Origin: Bacteroides sp. | Lineage (GTDB): Bacteria > Bacteroidota > Bacteroidia > Bacteroidales > Muribaculaceae | Direction: 5' to 3' | DNA: 64,000 nucleotides | Assembly: GCA_023663525.1 (NCBI GenBank) | Contig: JAMPHF010000001.1 | Coordinates: 682,317 to 746,316 of the forward strand | In this document: piece after piece, positions 27,236 through 35,822 of the stretch | Layout of the letters: every line of letters begins with the position of its first letter | Position numbering within the stretch: position 1 is the first letter of the stretch | The notes under the pieces: generated by a model | Databases searched by the model: none | What the model was told of the DNA's origin: nothing | Seen by the model: only the letters and a program-made list of their open reading frames with translations | Made by a program: the position numbers and the translations under genes

Positions 27236-28558
27236 TTATTCAGTGAAACGTGTGGCGAAGCCGTCGAGCTTGTCCATGTAGAGGCGGCGGACATCGGACC
27301 ATTTGTAGTAGGGACCGCTGACTGCCCGGAGCGGCAGGCGGGCTTCCTCCTCGTTGAGCATGACTTTGACGAGGACTTCGTCGGGCGAGAGGGTGGATCC
27401 CTCGGCGGGACGGTAGAAGATCATCTGTATGTTGCTTCCCATGGGGAAGATTTCGTAATTGCGCCACTGTGAGGCGACTTGGTCAGGGTCGGTGAGGTCA
27501 ACTGCGCTGTCGTTCAGCTCCATGAGGATGGTGAGGGGGAGGACGATGGATTCGTGACCGAAGCGGAGGTTGACGCTCTGACGGGGTGAGACCATAGCGG
27601 TGTCGGCCGACTCGATGATGTTGCGGAGGAGGACGCGCTGGTTGTAGGGGACGCGGTTTTTGGTGAGGGAGGTGTTGCCGGCGGCACCATACCAATCGAC
27701 GTTGTTGATGAGCCATTCGTTATAGAGCTCATCGGGGGTGAAAATGTCGTAGAGGTCGGGCTGGTCATCGTGGCTCTGGGTGTTGACTGCGATGTCAAAC
27801 ACATCGCTGAATATTTTGCGCTCATCGAGACTGTCGGCCACGAACTGCGGATCGGTGAAGACGGTGGCGATGAATGCTGAGTGGTCGCTGTGGCGTTTGT
27901 TGAACTCCTCGGCAAAGGGGGCTGCCTCGGCGGCGAGTTTCTTGGCCACGGTGTCGGTGCTGTTGTAGGCGAGGATTTTCTGAGTGGTGCGCGAGGCGTC
28001 GCATGTGACTGTTATCTCGGGGCAGATGCGCTGGATTTCAGCAATCTCGTTGGCCATGGAGAGGATGCAGCGGATGATGACGGTTGACTTGGCATCGACA
28101 TGCGTCCCGGGGACGAAGATTTCGGGGAAGTTTTGAGTCATGCGGCGTGCGATGTCGCGGTGCTGGCGGTGACCGAGCGGGGTCAGCTCGCCGACGCGTC
28201 CCTTGGAGTCGTCCTTGATTTTGGTGAGCTGTTTGAGCAGGAGCTGACCACGGGGAGTGAGCTGGCCGTTACGGTCGGCTTTCTCAAGCATTTCGACGGG
28301 GCGGTCATAGTCGGCATCCTTGAGGAGCCAGCGGCTTCCGTGGCGACCGTAGTGCTCGATGTGGAAGGGGACGTAGCCGTCGGGCGATTTCGTGAGTTCG
28401 GGGAGTCCGTAGGCAGGACGTGGATAAGCAAGATATTGGCTTCCCACTTGGTAGCGGTCGGGACGGTCGGTGCGCTCCTGAGTGGTGGCTGCACCTGCCG
28501 TGAACCATAGGGCTATGCCGGCGATGACGGTGGTCGCGAATCGTCTTATGCAATGCAT
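27236..28558 (-). CDS. Secreted histidine acid phosphatase, MINPP/phytase-like
   Basis: It has a signal peptide, the RHGxRxP-type motif HYGRHGSRW, and a downstream RFGHESIVLPL segment that resembles the MINPP HAE proton-donor region. Confidence 0.8.
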   Translation of the reverse strand: MHCIRRFATTVIAGIALWFTAGAATTQERTDRPDRYQVGSQYLAYPRPAYGLPELTKSPDGYVPFHIEHYGRHGSRWLLKDADYDRPVEMLEKADRNGQLTPRGQLLLKQLTKIKDDSKGRVGELTPLGHRQHRDIARRMTQNFPEIFVPGTHVDAKSTVIIRCILSMANEIAEIQRICPEITVTCDASRTTQKILAYNSTDTVAKKLAAEAAPFAEEFNKRHSDHSAFIATVFTDPQFVADSLDERKIFSDVFDIAVNTQSHDDQPDLYDIFTPDELYNEWLINNVDWYGAAGNTSLTKNRVPYNQRVLLRNIIESADTAMVSPRQSVNLRFGHESIVLPLTILMELNDSAVDLTDPDQVASQWRNYEIFPMGSNIQMIFYRPAEGSTLSPDEVLVKVMLNEEEARLPLRAVSGPYYKWSDVRRLYMDKLDGFATRFTE

Positions 28559-28682
28559 GTGTTACTGAGGTTAAAAATATGGTAATACAAGATTTTTAGT
28601 TCTTCCTGTCAATGTGATAGCCGAATGCACTTGTGTCGAAATTTAGTGAATAAACGGCATAAATTCTTTGACCTACACGTTG

Positions 28683-28690
28683 CAAAATTA
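28683..28690 (-). promoter_or_regulatory. -7 promoter box TAatTTTG for the phosphatase-SusC-SusD unit
   Basis: The reverse complement of 'caaaatta' matches the consensus. It lies 125 nt upstream of the ATG at 28558. Confidence 0.35.
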
Positions 28691-29117
28691 TGAAAAATTA
28701 TATTAATAAATCAAGAAAAATGAAAAATTTATTGTGAAATCATGTGATTTTTATTCCTATTGAAAGCAAAAAGTCAAAATTCGATAGGAATTTAACAGAT
28801 GTTAAGATTAGCTGTCATTGACATTGATCATTAGCCCTTGGTTGGTCATTGGTCGGTTTTTTTCGGGCGGTGTCATAAACTTTTGGAATGTATGTGATGT
28901 TGTAAATATTGGAATTTGACTACAAGCCGAACGTGATGAACACTCACGTAGAGATGCAAAGCGGACATTGCTTTTCGACAGACATTTTGATTCTGATTAA
29001 CTGACATTTTTGAAACTAAGTTCATTTGACGCTATCAACTCTAAACAAAAATATATCTACTCTACACTACACCAACTGACATATTTACTTTTATGTAAAT
29101 AAAAAACACTACAAACT

Positions 29118-30275
29118 ATGGCACAGAAAAATTATTCTCCCATTGTCCAGCAGCTTATCGACATGATTGCCAAAAATGGCTGGCAGGACAAATTTCAGAA
29201 AGCACTTGATGCATGTCATGCTCTGAACACAATTGAGTATGAGAATATTAAGACTCTCGATGACTACTATGACTGGCTTGAGGGCTGTCTGCATTGGGTT
29301 CCGGTTGAGAATCCTGAGGGAACGATCGTCTATCAGCACGTGACGATGTTCTATTTCCTCCTTGACCAGAGTCCTGTGAAGGAGCTTCAGACTCCTATCA
29401 TCCCGTCGAAGCTGAAAGACAATGTGATGCCGCCGCTCACCCCGCTCTCGCAGTGGATGAAGGACTATATCATCGCCCTCGGTGCATGGATGGACACTCC
29501 CGAGTCAATCTCTGATGAGGCTGTCAAGAGCTACTATGACGCTCCGCGCTACAATATGGGTGACTACAAGGTGCCCAAGGGTGGCTGGAAGACTTTCAAC
29601 CAGTTCTTTGCCCGCGACGTGAAACCGGGCTACCGTCCGATCGCTGCCATCAATGATGACCACGTGATTGTCTCGCCGGCCGATTCGACCAACGACGGTC
29701 AGTGGGAGGTCAACGCAGACTCGAAGGTCAACATCAAGGGTTTGGAATGGAGCATCGAGGAGCTGCTCGAAGGCTCGAAGTATAAGGATGATTTTGCCGG
29801 CGGTATCTGGATCCACCAGTTCCTGAACACTACCGACTATCACCGTCAGCACGCTTCCGTAGGCGGTAAGGTGCTTGAGGCACGTGTGGTTCAGGGTGTC
29901 ACCTGGCTCGGTGTCGAGGCAGTGCCTATCGACGGTGATGAGAAGGGCCGTACCCACATCGTGCGCCGTAAACTTAACGCTCTCGATGAGGCCGGCTATC
30001 AGTTCATGCAGATGCGTGGTCTGATCGTGATCAAGTCGAAGATAGGCAAGGTTGCCATCCTGCCTATGGGCATGGCTCAGGTATCGTCGATCGTCGTCAC
30101 CTGCGAGGAGGGTACAAAGCTCCGCAAGGGCGAGGAGATCAGCTACTTCCAGTTCGGCGGTTCGGACATCGTGGTTGTGTTCCAGCGCGACTCCAACGTG
30201 AGCATCACGGCTCAGCCGGGTGTACACTACAAGGTCGGCACTCCTATCGCACATGCCTATCCTGTGGGAGAATGA
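29118..30275 (+). CDS. Long-form phosphatidylserine-decarboxylase-family (pyruvoyl-dependent) decarboxylase, substrate unknown
   Basis: The PSD-family motifs are FNQFFARDVKPGYRPI, VSPADS, FLNTTDYHRQHASVGG and YFQFGG-SDIVVVF. The predicted self-cleavage site is Gly348/Ser349, with the Ser codon tcg at 30162-30164. The antisense ORF 29505-30284 is a shadow. Confidence 0.8.
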   Translation: MAQKNYSPIVQQLIDMIAKNGWQDKFQKALDACHALNTIEYENIKTLDDYYDWLEGCLHWVPVENPEGTIVYQHVTMFYFLLDQSPVKELQTPIIPSKLKDNVMPPLTPLSQWMKDYIIALGAWMDTPESISDEAVKSYYDAPRYNMGDYKVPKGGWKTFNQFFARDVKPGYRPIAAINDDHVIVSPADSTNDGQWEVNADSKVNIKGLEWSIEELLEGSKYKDDFAGGIWIHQFLNTTDYHRQHASVGGKVLEARVVQGVTWLGVEAVPIDGDEKGRTHIVRRKLNALDEAGYQFMQMRGLIVIKSKIGKVAILPMGMAQVSSIVVTCEEGTKLRKGEEISYFQFGGSDIVVVFQRDSNVSITAQPGVHYKVGTPIAHAYPVGE

Positions 30276-30383
30276 TTGAAACATACACCGTCAGTCGTTG
30301 ACTGACAATACATAGACAACTCATTTTCCGGCGAAGGACTGACTTAGGTCGGGATTTCGCCGGAAATTTTTATATTCGTATTT

Positions 30384-31997
30384 ATGAAGGACAAAGGGAT
30401 AAAACCGTCCGAGTCGCCGGTGACAGCGTCGGGACGAAAGAAGAATCTATCGACCGCCCATGGCTCCATCACTATGTTTGCCATGGCAGTGTTGATAATC
30501 ACGTCGATATTGAGTTTGAGAGGACTCCCCTCGGAGGCCAAGTATGGCGAGCAGTCCATATTCTATTATCTTTTTGCCGCCGTAGTGTTCCTGTTGCCGT
30601 TCTCGCTCGTGTGTGCGGAGCTTGCTTCGACCTACACCAAGTCGGGCGGTCTCTACCGTTGGGTTGCCGAGGCGTTCGGTCCGCGTTGGGGCTGGCTGGC
30701 AATGTTTCTCGAATGGCAGACCATAGTGATATGGTTTCCGACCGTGCTGATGTTTGCGGCAGCATCGCTGGCCTATATGTTCTGGCCGGAGAGTTTCGAT
30801 CAGGCGTTGGCCTCGAATAAGATCTACACGCTCGTGATAGCGTTGCTCGTCTATTGGCTCTCGACATGGAATGCCTCTCGCGGACAGAAGAAAGCCAATG
30901 TGTTGAGCACATACGGAGGCATGGTGGGGACAATCATTCCGGGTGCCATTCTGATTGTCCTTGGTATAATATATGTGTGCCTCGGCAAGCAAGTGATGCT
31001 TGAGCAGTTGCCGTTTTTCCCGGACTTCTCCAATGTCGCGACGATTGTGCTTGCGGCCTCGATATTCCTCTTTTACGCGGGCATGGAGATTCAGGCTGTA
31101 CATGTTAACGACATGCGCAATCCTGCCAAGGATTTCCCGAAGGCTGTTTTTCTGTCGATTGTCGCCATAGTGCTTATCTATTCTTTAGGCACGTTGGTGA
31201 TCGGGCTTGTGATACCGTCGAAGGACATCAACCTCCTCCAGTCGCTGCTTGTGGCCTACAAGGTTCTGTGGTCGAGTTTCGGTCTGAGCTGGCTTGGGAA
31301 TGTGATGGCGTTGCTGATAATGTTTGGTGTCATCGGGCAGGTCAGTGCGTTGGTGACAGGTCCGTCAACCGGACTTATGGCAGTGGCGCAGAGCGGCTAT
31401 CTGCCTCCATCGCTGCAGAAGCTCAACAAAAACAATGTCAACATGCCGATTTTGCTGATTCAGGGCGGATTCGTGTCGCTGTTGCTTCTGCTTCTCATAG
31501 TGCTTCCGACGGTTGAGTCGGCCTATCAGATCATGAGTCAGATGGCCACGATCATCTATCTCGTCATGGTCGTGATGATCTATGGTGCTTTCATCCGTCT
31601 GCGCCACACGCAGCCGGGCAAGACACGTGGCTACAAGGTGCCGTTCGGCAAGGTTGGCGAAGTGGTGGTGTGTACGCTCGGCATTCTCGGCGCGCTGCTT
31701 GCGCTGGTGTTGAGCTATCTGCCTCCGGCACAGATTTCGACCGGTTCGCCGGTGGTCTATGTGGGCATTATCATTGTCGGTGTGGGCTGTATCATTGCCA
31801 TGCCGTTGATAGTCTATGCATTCCGTAAGCCTAACTGGCGTAATGCCAATGCGCATTTCTATCCGTTTGACTGGCAGATCGAGGGTCGCAAACCCTCGGA
31901 GGTGTCCAAGTGGAAGCCCGGCTATGAGCCTACCGAGAAGGAGGTTGAGGCCGCCGAAACCGATGCCATAGCCTCGCACTGTAAGGAAAAATGCTGA
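30384..31997 (+). CDS. APC-superfamily amino-acid exchanger of the GadC (glutamate:GABA antiporter) type
   Basis: It is a multi-TM protein. It is colinear with E. coli GadC as I remember it: FGPRWGW vs LGPRWGF, FFPDFSNV vs FFPDFSKV, HVNDMRNPAKDFP vs HVNEMSNPGRDYP, and SYLPPAQI vs SFLPPDNI. It also has a hydrophilic C-terminal tail. Confidence 0.8.
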   Translation: MKDKGIKPSESPVTASGRKKNLSTAHGSITMFAMAVLIITSILSLRGLPSEAKYGEQSIFYYLFAAVVFLLPFSLVCAELASTYTKSGGLYRWVAEAFGPRWGWLAMFLEWQTIVIWFPTVLMFAAASLAYMFWPESFDQALASNKIYTLVIALLVYWLSTWNASRGQKKANVLSTYGGMVGTIIPGAILIVLGIIYVCLGKQVMLEQLPFFPDFSNVATIVLAASIFLFYAGMEIQAVHVNDMRNPAKDFPKAVFLSIVAIVLIYSLGTLVIGLVIPSKDINLLQSLLVAYKVLWSSFGLSWLGNVMALLIMFGVIGQVSALVTGPSTGLMAVAQSGYLPPSLQKLNKNNVNMPILLIQGGFVSLLLLLLIVLPTVESAYQIMSQMATIIYLVMVVMIYGAFIRLRHTQPGKTRGYKVPFGKVGEVVVCTLGILGALLALVLSYLPPAQISTGSPVVYVGIIIVGVGCIIAMPLIVYAFRKPNWRNANAHFYPFDWQIEGRKPSEVSKWKPGYEPTEKEVEAAETDAIASHCKEKC

Positions 31998-32001
31998 AAT
32001 A

Positions 32002-32162
32002 CCTCTCCGGAAAGTGGGACAGAATGACATAAGGACAAAAGAAACAGAGTTTATATATTAATTTATTGGTAATTAATATATTATATATTTAAACCATTCG
32101 CATGGTTAAAAAACAGTCTGTTTCTTTTGTCCTTATGTTGTTCTGCCCCTTTTTCGGAGAGG
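32002..32162. repeat. Complete mosaic long-hairpin element (copy B) filling the gap between convergent stop codons
   Basis: The left arm is cctctccggaaagtgggacagaatgacataaggacaaaagaaacaga. The reverse complement of the right arm is cctctccgaaaaaggggcagaacaacataaggacaaaagaaacaga. The inner AT-rich segment is about 68 bp and contains an aaccat-tcgc-atggtt hairpin. The flanking stop codons are at 31995-31997 and 32168-32170. Confidence 0.85.
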
Positions 32163-32167
32163 AGATT

Positions 32168-33610
32168 TTATGATGCGGGGATGGTGATTGGGCGGCGGGT
32201 GGCCTGTGGGATTTTGAAGCCGAGGCGTGCGACTACGATACTCATTATCGGGGTCAGTATGTTGAAGATGCAGCAGGGGAAATAGGTGAGCGTGCTGACT
32301 CCGAGGACTGTTGATTGGGTGAGTCCACATGAGTTCCAGGGTATGAGTACGGAGGTGACGGAGATGGAGTCTTCCATCGACCGGCTCAGGAGCTTGTTCT
32401 CAAGACCGTTGCGCCGATAGAGCGAGCGATACATATTGCCGGTGATGATGAGCGAGAGATACTGGTCGGCGGTGCAGCAGTTCATTGCAAGACCGCTGCA
32501 GACGGTAGCACTGACTATGCTCGTGCGTCTGCGGAGACCGCGCGTGAAGGCATCGGTCAGTTTTGCGAGCATTCCGGTGCCGATCATGACTGATCCGAAC
32601 AGCATTGCGCTCAACACGAGGAAGACTGTCGGGAGCATTCCGAGGACTCCCCCGGTGCTGACGAGACTGTCGAGGCTTTCATTGCCCGTCGAGAGGGCTG
32701 AACCGCTCCAGAGGTTGACGGCGAGGGCAGGGAGGTCCATGTCGTCGTGTGACTGGAAGACGAATATCCCGATTGCGCCCATGGCTGAAGCGAGGAGGAG
32801 GACTATGAGAGTGGGGACGCGTAGGATGATGAGCACCATTGTCAGTGCCGGGATTAGGAGCGTCCAGGGTGTGAGGTTGAAAGTCGAGCCGAGTGCGCCG
32901 AGCATCGGGCTTGCTTCCTGCGAGCCGTCGGGGCTGATGGTCATGCCGACGGTGAAGAAGACAGCAAGAGCGATGAACATTGCCGGAACGGTGGTGAACA
33001 TGAGGTAGCGGATGTGCTCAAAGAGATCGACCCCGGCAGTGGACGATGCGACCACGGTGGTGTCGCTCAACGGCGATACTTTGTCGCCGAAATATGCCCC
33101 GGAGATAATCGCACCGGCAATCCAGGGGTCACCGTAGCCCATGACTTCGCCAATGCCCATGAATGCGACACCGAGCGTGGCGATTGTGGTCCAAGAACTT
33201 CCGGTCAGGACTGAGATGGCCGAGCATACAGCGCATGTTATGACGAGAAACAGCTTAGGGCTTAGGATTTGTAGACCGTAGGAAATCAGCGTGGGAACAA
33301 CCCCCGACAGCATCCATGTGGTGGCCACAAGGGCGATACAGATGAGGATTGGGATAGCGGGCAGAATCTGCATGGCACTCCGCTTGAGTCCGACGGCGAG
33401 ACCGCGCCGTGATGCCACTCCTCCGATGGTGGACAGCGTGAGGGCTATGGCGGTGGAGGCGAGCAGGATCCATGGTCCGAGTTCTGACACGGCATCAGCC
33501 CCGCTGATGATTATCACAGTGATAAGTGTGGCAAAGAGAAAGCACACGGGAATCAATGAAATCCACAATGACGGCAGATTGCGGTCACCGAAAAGTTTGG
33601 TTCTGTTCAA
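32168..33610 (-). CDS. nhaC: NhaC-family Na+/H+ antiporter
   Basis: It is a 480-aa polytopic membrane protein whose overall layout and segments are typical of the NhaC family. The assignment is by eye only. Confidence 0.7.
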   Translation of the reverse strand: MNRTKLFGDRNLPSLWISLIPVCFLFATLITVIIISGADAVSELGPWILLASTAIALTLSTIGGVASRRGLAVGLKRSAMQILPAIPILICIALVATTWMLSGVVPTLISYGLQILSPKLFLVITCAVCSAISVLTGSSWTTIATLGVAFMGIGEVMGYGDPWIAGAIISGAYFGDKVSPLSDTTVVASSTAGVDLFEHIRYLMFTTVPAMFIALAVFFTVGMTISPDGSQEASPMLGALGSTFNLTPWTLLIPALTMVLIILRVPTLIVLLLASAMGAIGIFVFQSHDDMDLPALAVNLWSGSALSTGNESLDSLVSTGGVLGMLPTVFLVLSAMLFGSVMIGTGMLAKLTDAFTRGLRRRTSIVSATVCSGLAMNCCTADQYLSLIITGNMYRSLYRRNGLENKLLSRSMEDSISVTSVLIPWNSCGLTQSTVLGVSTLTYFPCCIFNILTPIMSIVVARLGFKIPQATRRPITIPAS

Positions 33611-33651
33611 TGTGTGTATTTATAAATCCGTTAAAATTCGATTGATGATTA

Positions 33652-33659
33652 CAAAGGTA
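33652..33659 (-). promoter_or_regulatory. -7 promoter box TAccTTTG for nhaC
   Basis: The reverse complement of 'caaaggta' matches the consensus. It lies 42 nt upstream of the ATG at 33610. Confidence 0.4.
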
Positions 33660-33802
33660 GCGATTTTACTGCGATTTTGTTGCAAGGAATTTAACAAAAC
33701 AAGCTAAAACGATTAAACACTTGTTAAAATCGAGAATTTTAGTCGGTATTTGTTGTCAGTCCGTTTGTAATGATGAGCGGAAGTGGACCATCAAAATTTT
33801 CA

Positions 33803-34016
33803 TCGGAAAAGGGTATAAAAGGACATGTGGGACAGAAGTAACAGAATTTTTATTTTCGGCCGTTAGATTTTAGTCGTTAGTCCCCTGCGGTCAATACACA
33901 TCGGTCAAATATCCGAGAATCAATGACAGCAATCACTAATGACTAACGATGACTAAGTGACGACAATAAAATTATGTTACTTCTGTCCCACATGTCCTTT
34001 TGTACCCTTTTTCCGA
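33803..34016. repeat. Complete mosaic long-hairpin element (copy C)
   Basis: The left arm is tcggaaaagggtataaaaggacatgtgggacagaagtaacagaattttta. The reverse complement of the right arm is tcggaaaaagggtacaaaaggacatgtgggacagaagtaacataattttat. The inner segment is about 113 bp and is itself partly self-complementary (ttagtcgttagtc / gactaacgatgactaa). Confidence 0.85.
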
Positions 34017-34079
34017 CAGTTGCTCCTCAACTTCGGTCGGCGTACGCGCTATGAATCCTAACGATTAGGGACTATATAG

Positions 34080-35783
34080 TTATATTGCGTCGTCCTCGAT
34101 GTTTTCGAGCGCGTCGGGGGTTGGTTGGGCGGGGGTGTCGGAGGTGGCGGCTTCAAGTTTCTTCATGATTGAGAAGATGAATGCTGCCGAGATGAGACAG
34201 ATGACCACAAGGATTCCCCATACCATGCATGTCGGGATTTTGCCCCAGAGGATCATCGGTATTGACACGAGATAGTTGCCCACGGCGGTGGCTGCGAACC
34301 ATCCACCCATCATTGACCCCTTGAGTTTCGGAGGTGCGACCTTGCTGACGAAGCTTATGCCCATCGGTGACAGGAGCAGCTCGGCAAAGGTGAGCAGGAG
34401 GTAAGTTGAAATCAGCCAGTTGGGCGACACGGCTGCGGATGTTCCTGCAATGCCGAGCGAGCCGACGAACATGACAACGTAGGCTATGGCCGCCATGACC
34501 ATTCCGTAGCCAATTTTGCGCGGAGCTGACGGCTCGGCTTTGCGTCGGGCGAGCCAGCCGAATATTGCAAGCGAAACGGGGGTGAGGGCTACGACATAGA
34601 AGGGGTTGAACTGCTGATACTGCTGAGGCTGGATGCCGGTGAGGGGGTCGGGTGTCGATGAATAGAAGTAGCAGAGCGCGCCGCCGACGGCTGCGAGGAT
34701 AACGACGGAAATCACCCGGCTCACGGTGCCTTTTGACTGGAAAAGGTTGAACAAAGCATACACCCCTATGGCTATACATGTCAAAGCCCATACATTGAAG
34801 CCGATTCGCGTCCAGCCACTCGCCTCGGGCGATGTGCAGCTCTTGGCAAATTCTGTGAGCGTGGCTCCGTTTTGATGGAACACCATCCAGAAGAAAATCA
34901 CCACAGCAAAGACGAGGAGGAGAGCCACCACGCGCTGTCTCGTCTGGGCTGCCGTGAGCTCAGGCCCTGCGGAGGCTGCGGCCTGTGACTTGCCGTCGGC
35001 TTTCTTGTCGGTCAGGATATGAGCGTAGCTGCGGCGACCGAGGAAGTAGATGAGGAAGCTGACGATGAGCGAGCCGCACGCGATGGCGAAGGCATAACTG
35101 TAGCCGGTTGAGAGGGTAGTGATGTATTCGCTTGCAAACCCTGCCAAGTCTGCGCCTGCCGCCATGCCGTTCTCTCCGGCTGTCATGATGAGTTCTGCCC
35201 CATTCTCGGCTCCGTCGAGATAGTCGTTGCACATCTGCGGGAGGGTTGAGACGTAGGTCAGCCCCTTGGCTTGCATTGCGAGGTTGCACATGGCGGTGGC
35301 AGCCATCGGAGCGAACATTGAGCCGATGTTTATGGCCATGTAGAACAGCGAGAAGGCCGCATCGCGCTGCCCGCTGTAACGCGGTTCGTTGTAGAGGTCG
35401 CCAACCATCACCTGAAGATTGCCCTTGAACAGACCCGTCCCGCACGCAATCAGGAGCAGGGCTGCGCAGAGGATGATGAGCGACGATGTGCTGCGTATGT
35501 CTGTCGGGATTGCCATGACGAGGTAGCCGACAAACATGATGAACATACCCGTCACCACACATTTTGAGAAACTCCATTTGTCGGCAACCCAACCGCCGAT
35601 GAGCGGCATGAAGTAGACAAGGGCGAGGAAGCCCGCGTAGATTTGACCCGAGACGGTGGAGTCGAGTCCGAATTTGGCCTGCAGAAAGAGCAGGAAGATG
35701 GCAAGCATGGTGTAGTAGCCGAAGCGTTCGCCGGTGTTGGCGAGCGCAAGCACGTAGAGACCTGCCGGTTGATTTTTGAACAT
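34080..35783 (-). CDS. POT/PTR2-family proton-dependent di/tripeptide transporter
   Basis: The N-terminal PTR2 signature is LANTGERFGYYTMLAIFLLFL. The protein is 567 aa and polytopic. Confidence 0.9.
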   Translation of the reverse strand: MFKNQPAGLYVLALANTGERFGYYTMLAIFLLFLQAKFGLDSTVSGQIYAGFLALVYFMPLIGGWVADKWSFSKCVVTGMFIMFVGYLVMAIPTDIRSTSSLIILCAALLLIACGTGLFKGNLQVMVGDLYNEPRYSGQRDAAFSLFYMAINIGSMFAPMAATAMCNLAMQAKGLTYVSTLPQMCNDYLDGAENGAELIMTAGENGMAAGADLAGFASEYITTLSTGYSYAFAIACGSLIVSFLIYFLGRRSYAHILTDKKADGKSQAAASAGPELTAAQTRQRVVALLLVFAVVIFFWMVFHQNGATLTEFAKSCTSPEASGWTRIGFNVWALTCIAIGVYALFNLFQSKGTVSRVISVVILAAVGGALCYFYSSTPDPLTGIQPQQYQQFNPFYVVALTPVSLAIFGWLARRKAEPSAPRKIGYGMVMAAIAYVVMFVGSLGIAGTSAAVSPNWLISTYLLLTFAELLLSPMGISFVSKVAPPKLKGSMMGGWFAATAVGNYLVSIPMILWGKIPTCMVWGILVVICLISAAFIFSIMKKLEAATSDTPAQPTPDALENIEDDAI

Positions 35784-35822
35784 GATGATATGGATTTTTT
35801 GGGGGTTATCAAAAAAAACTCT

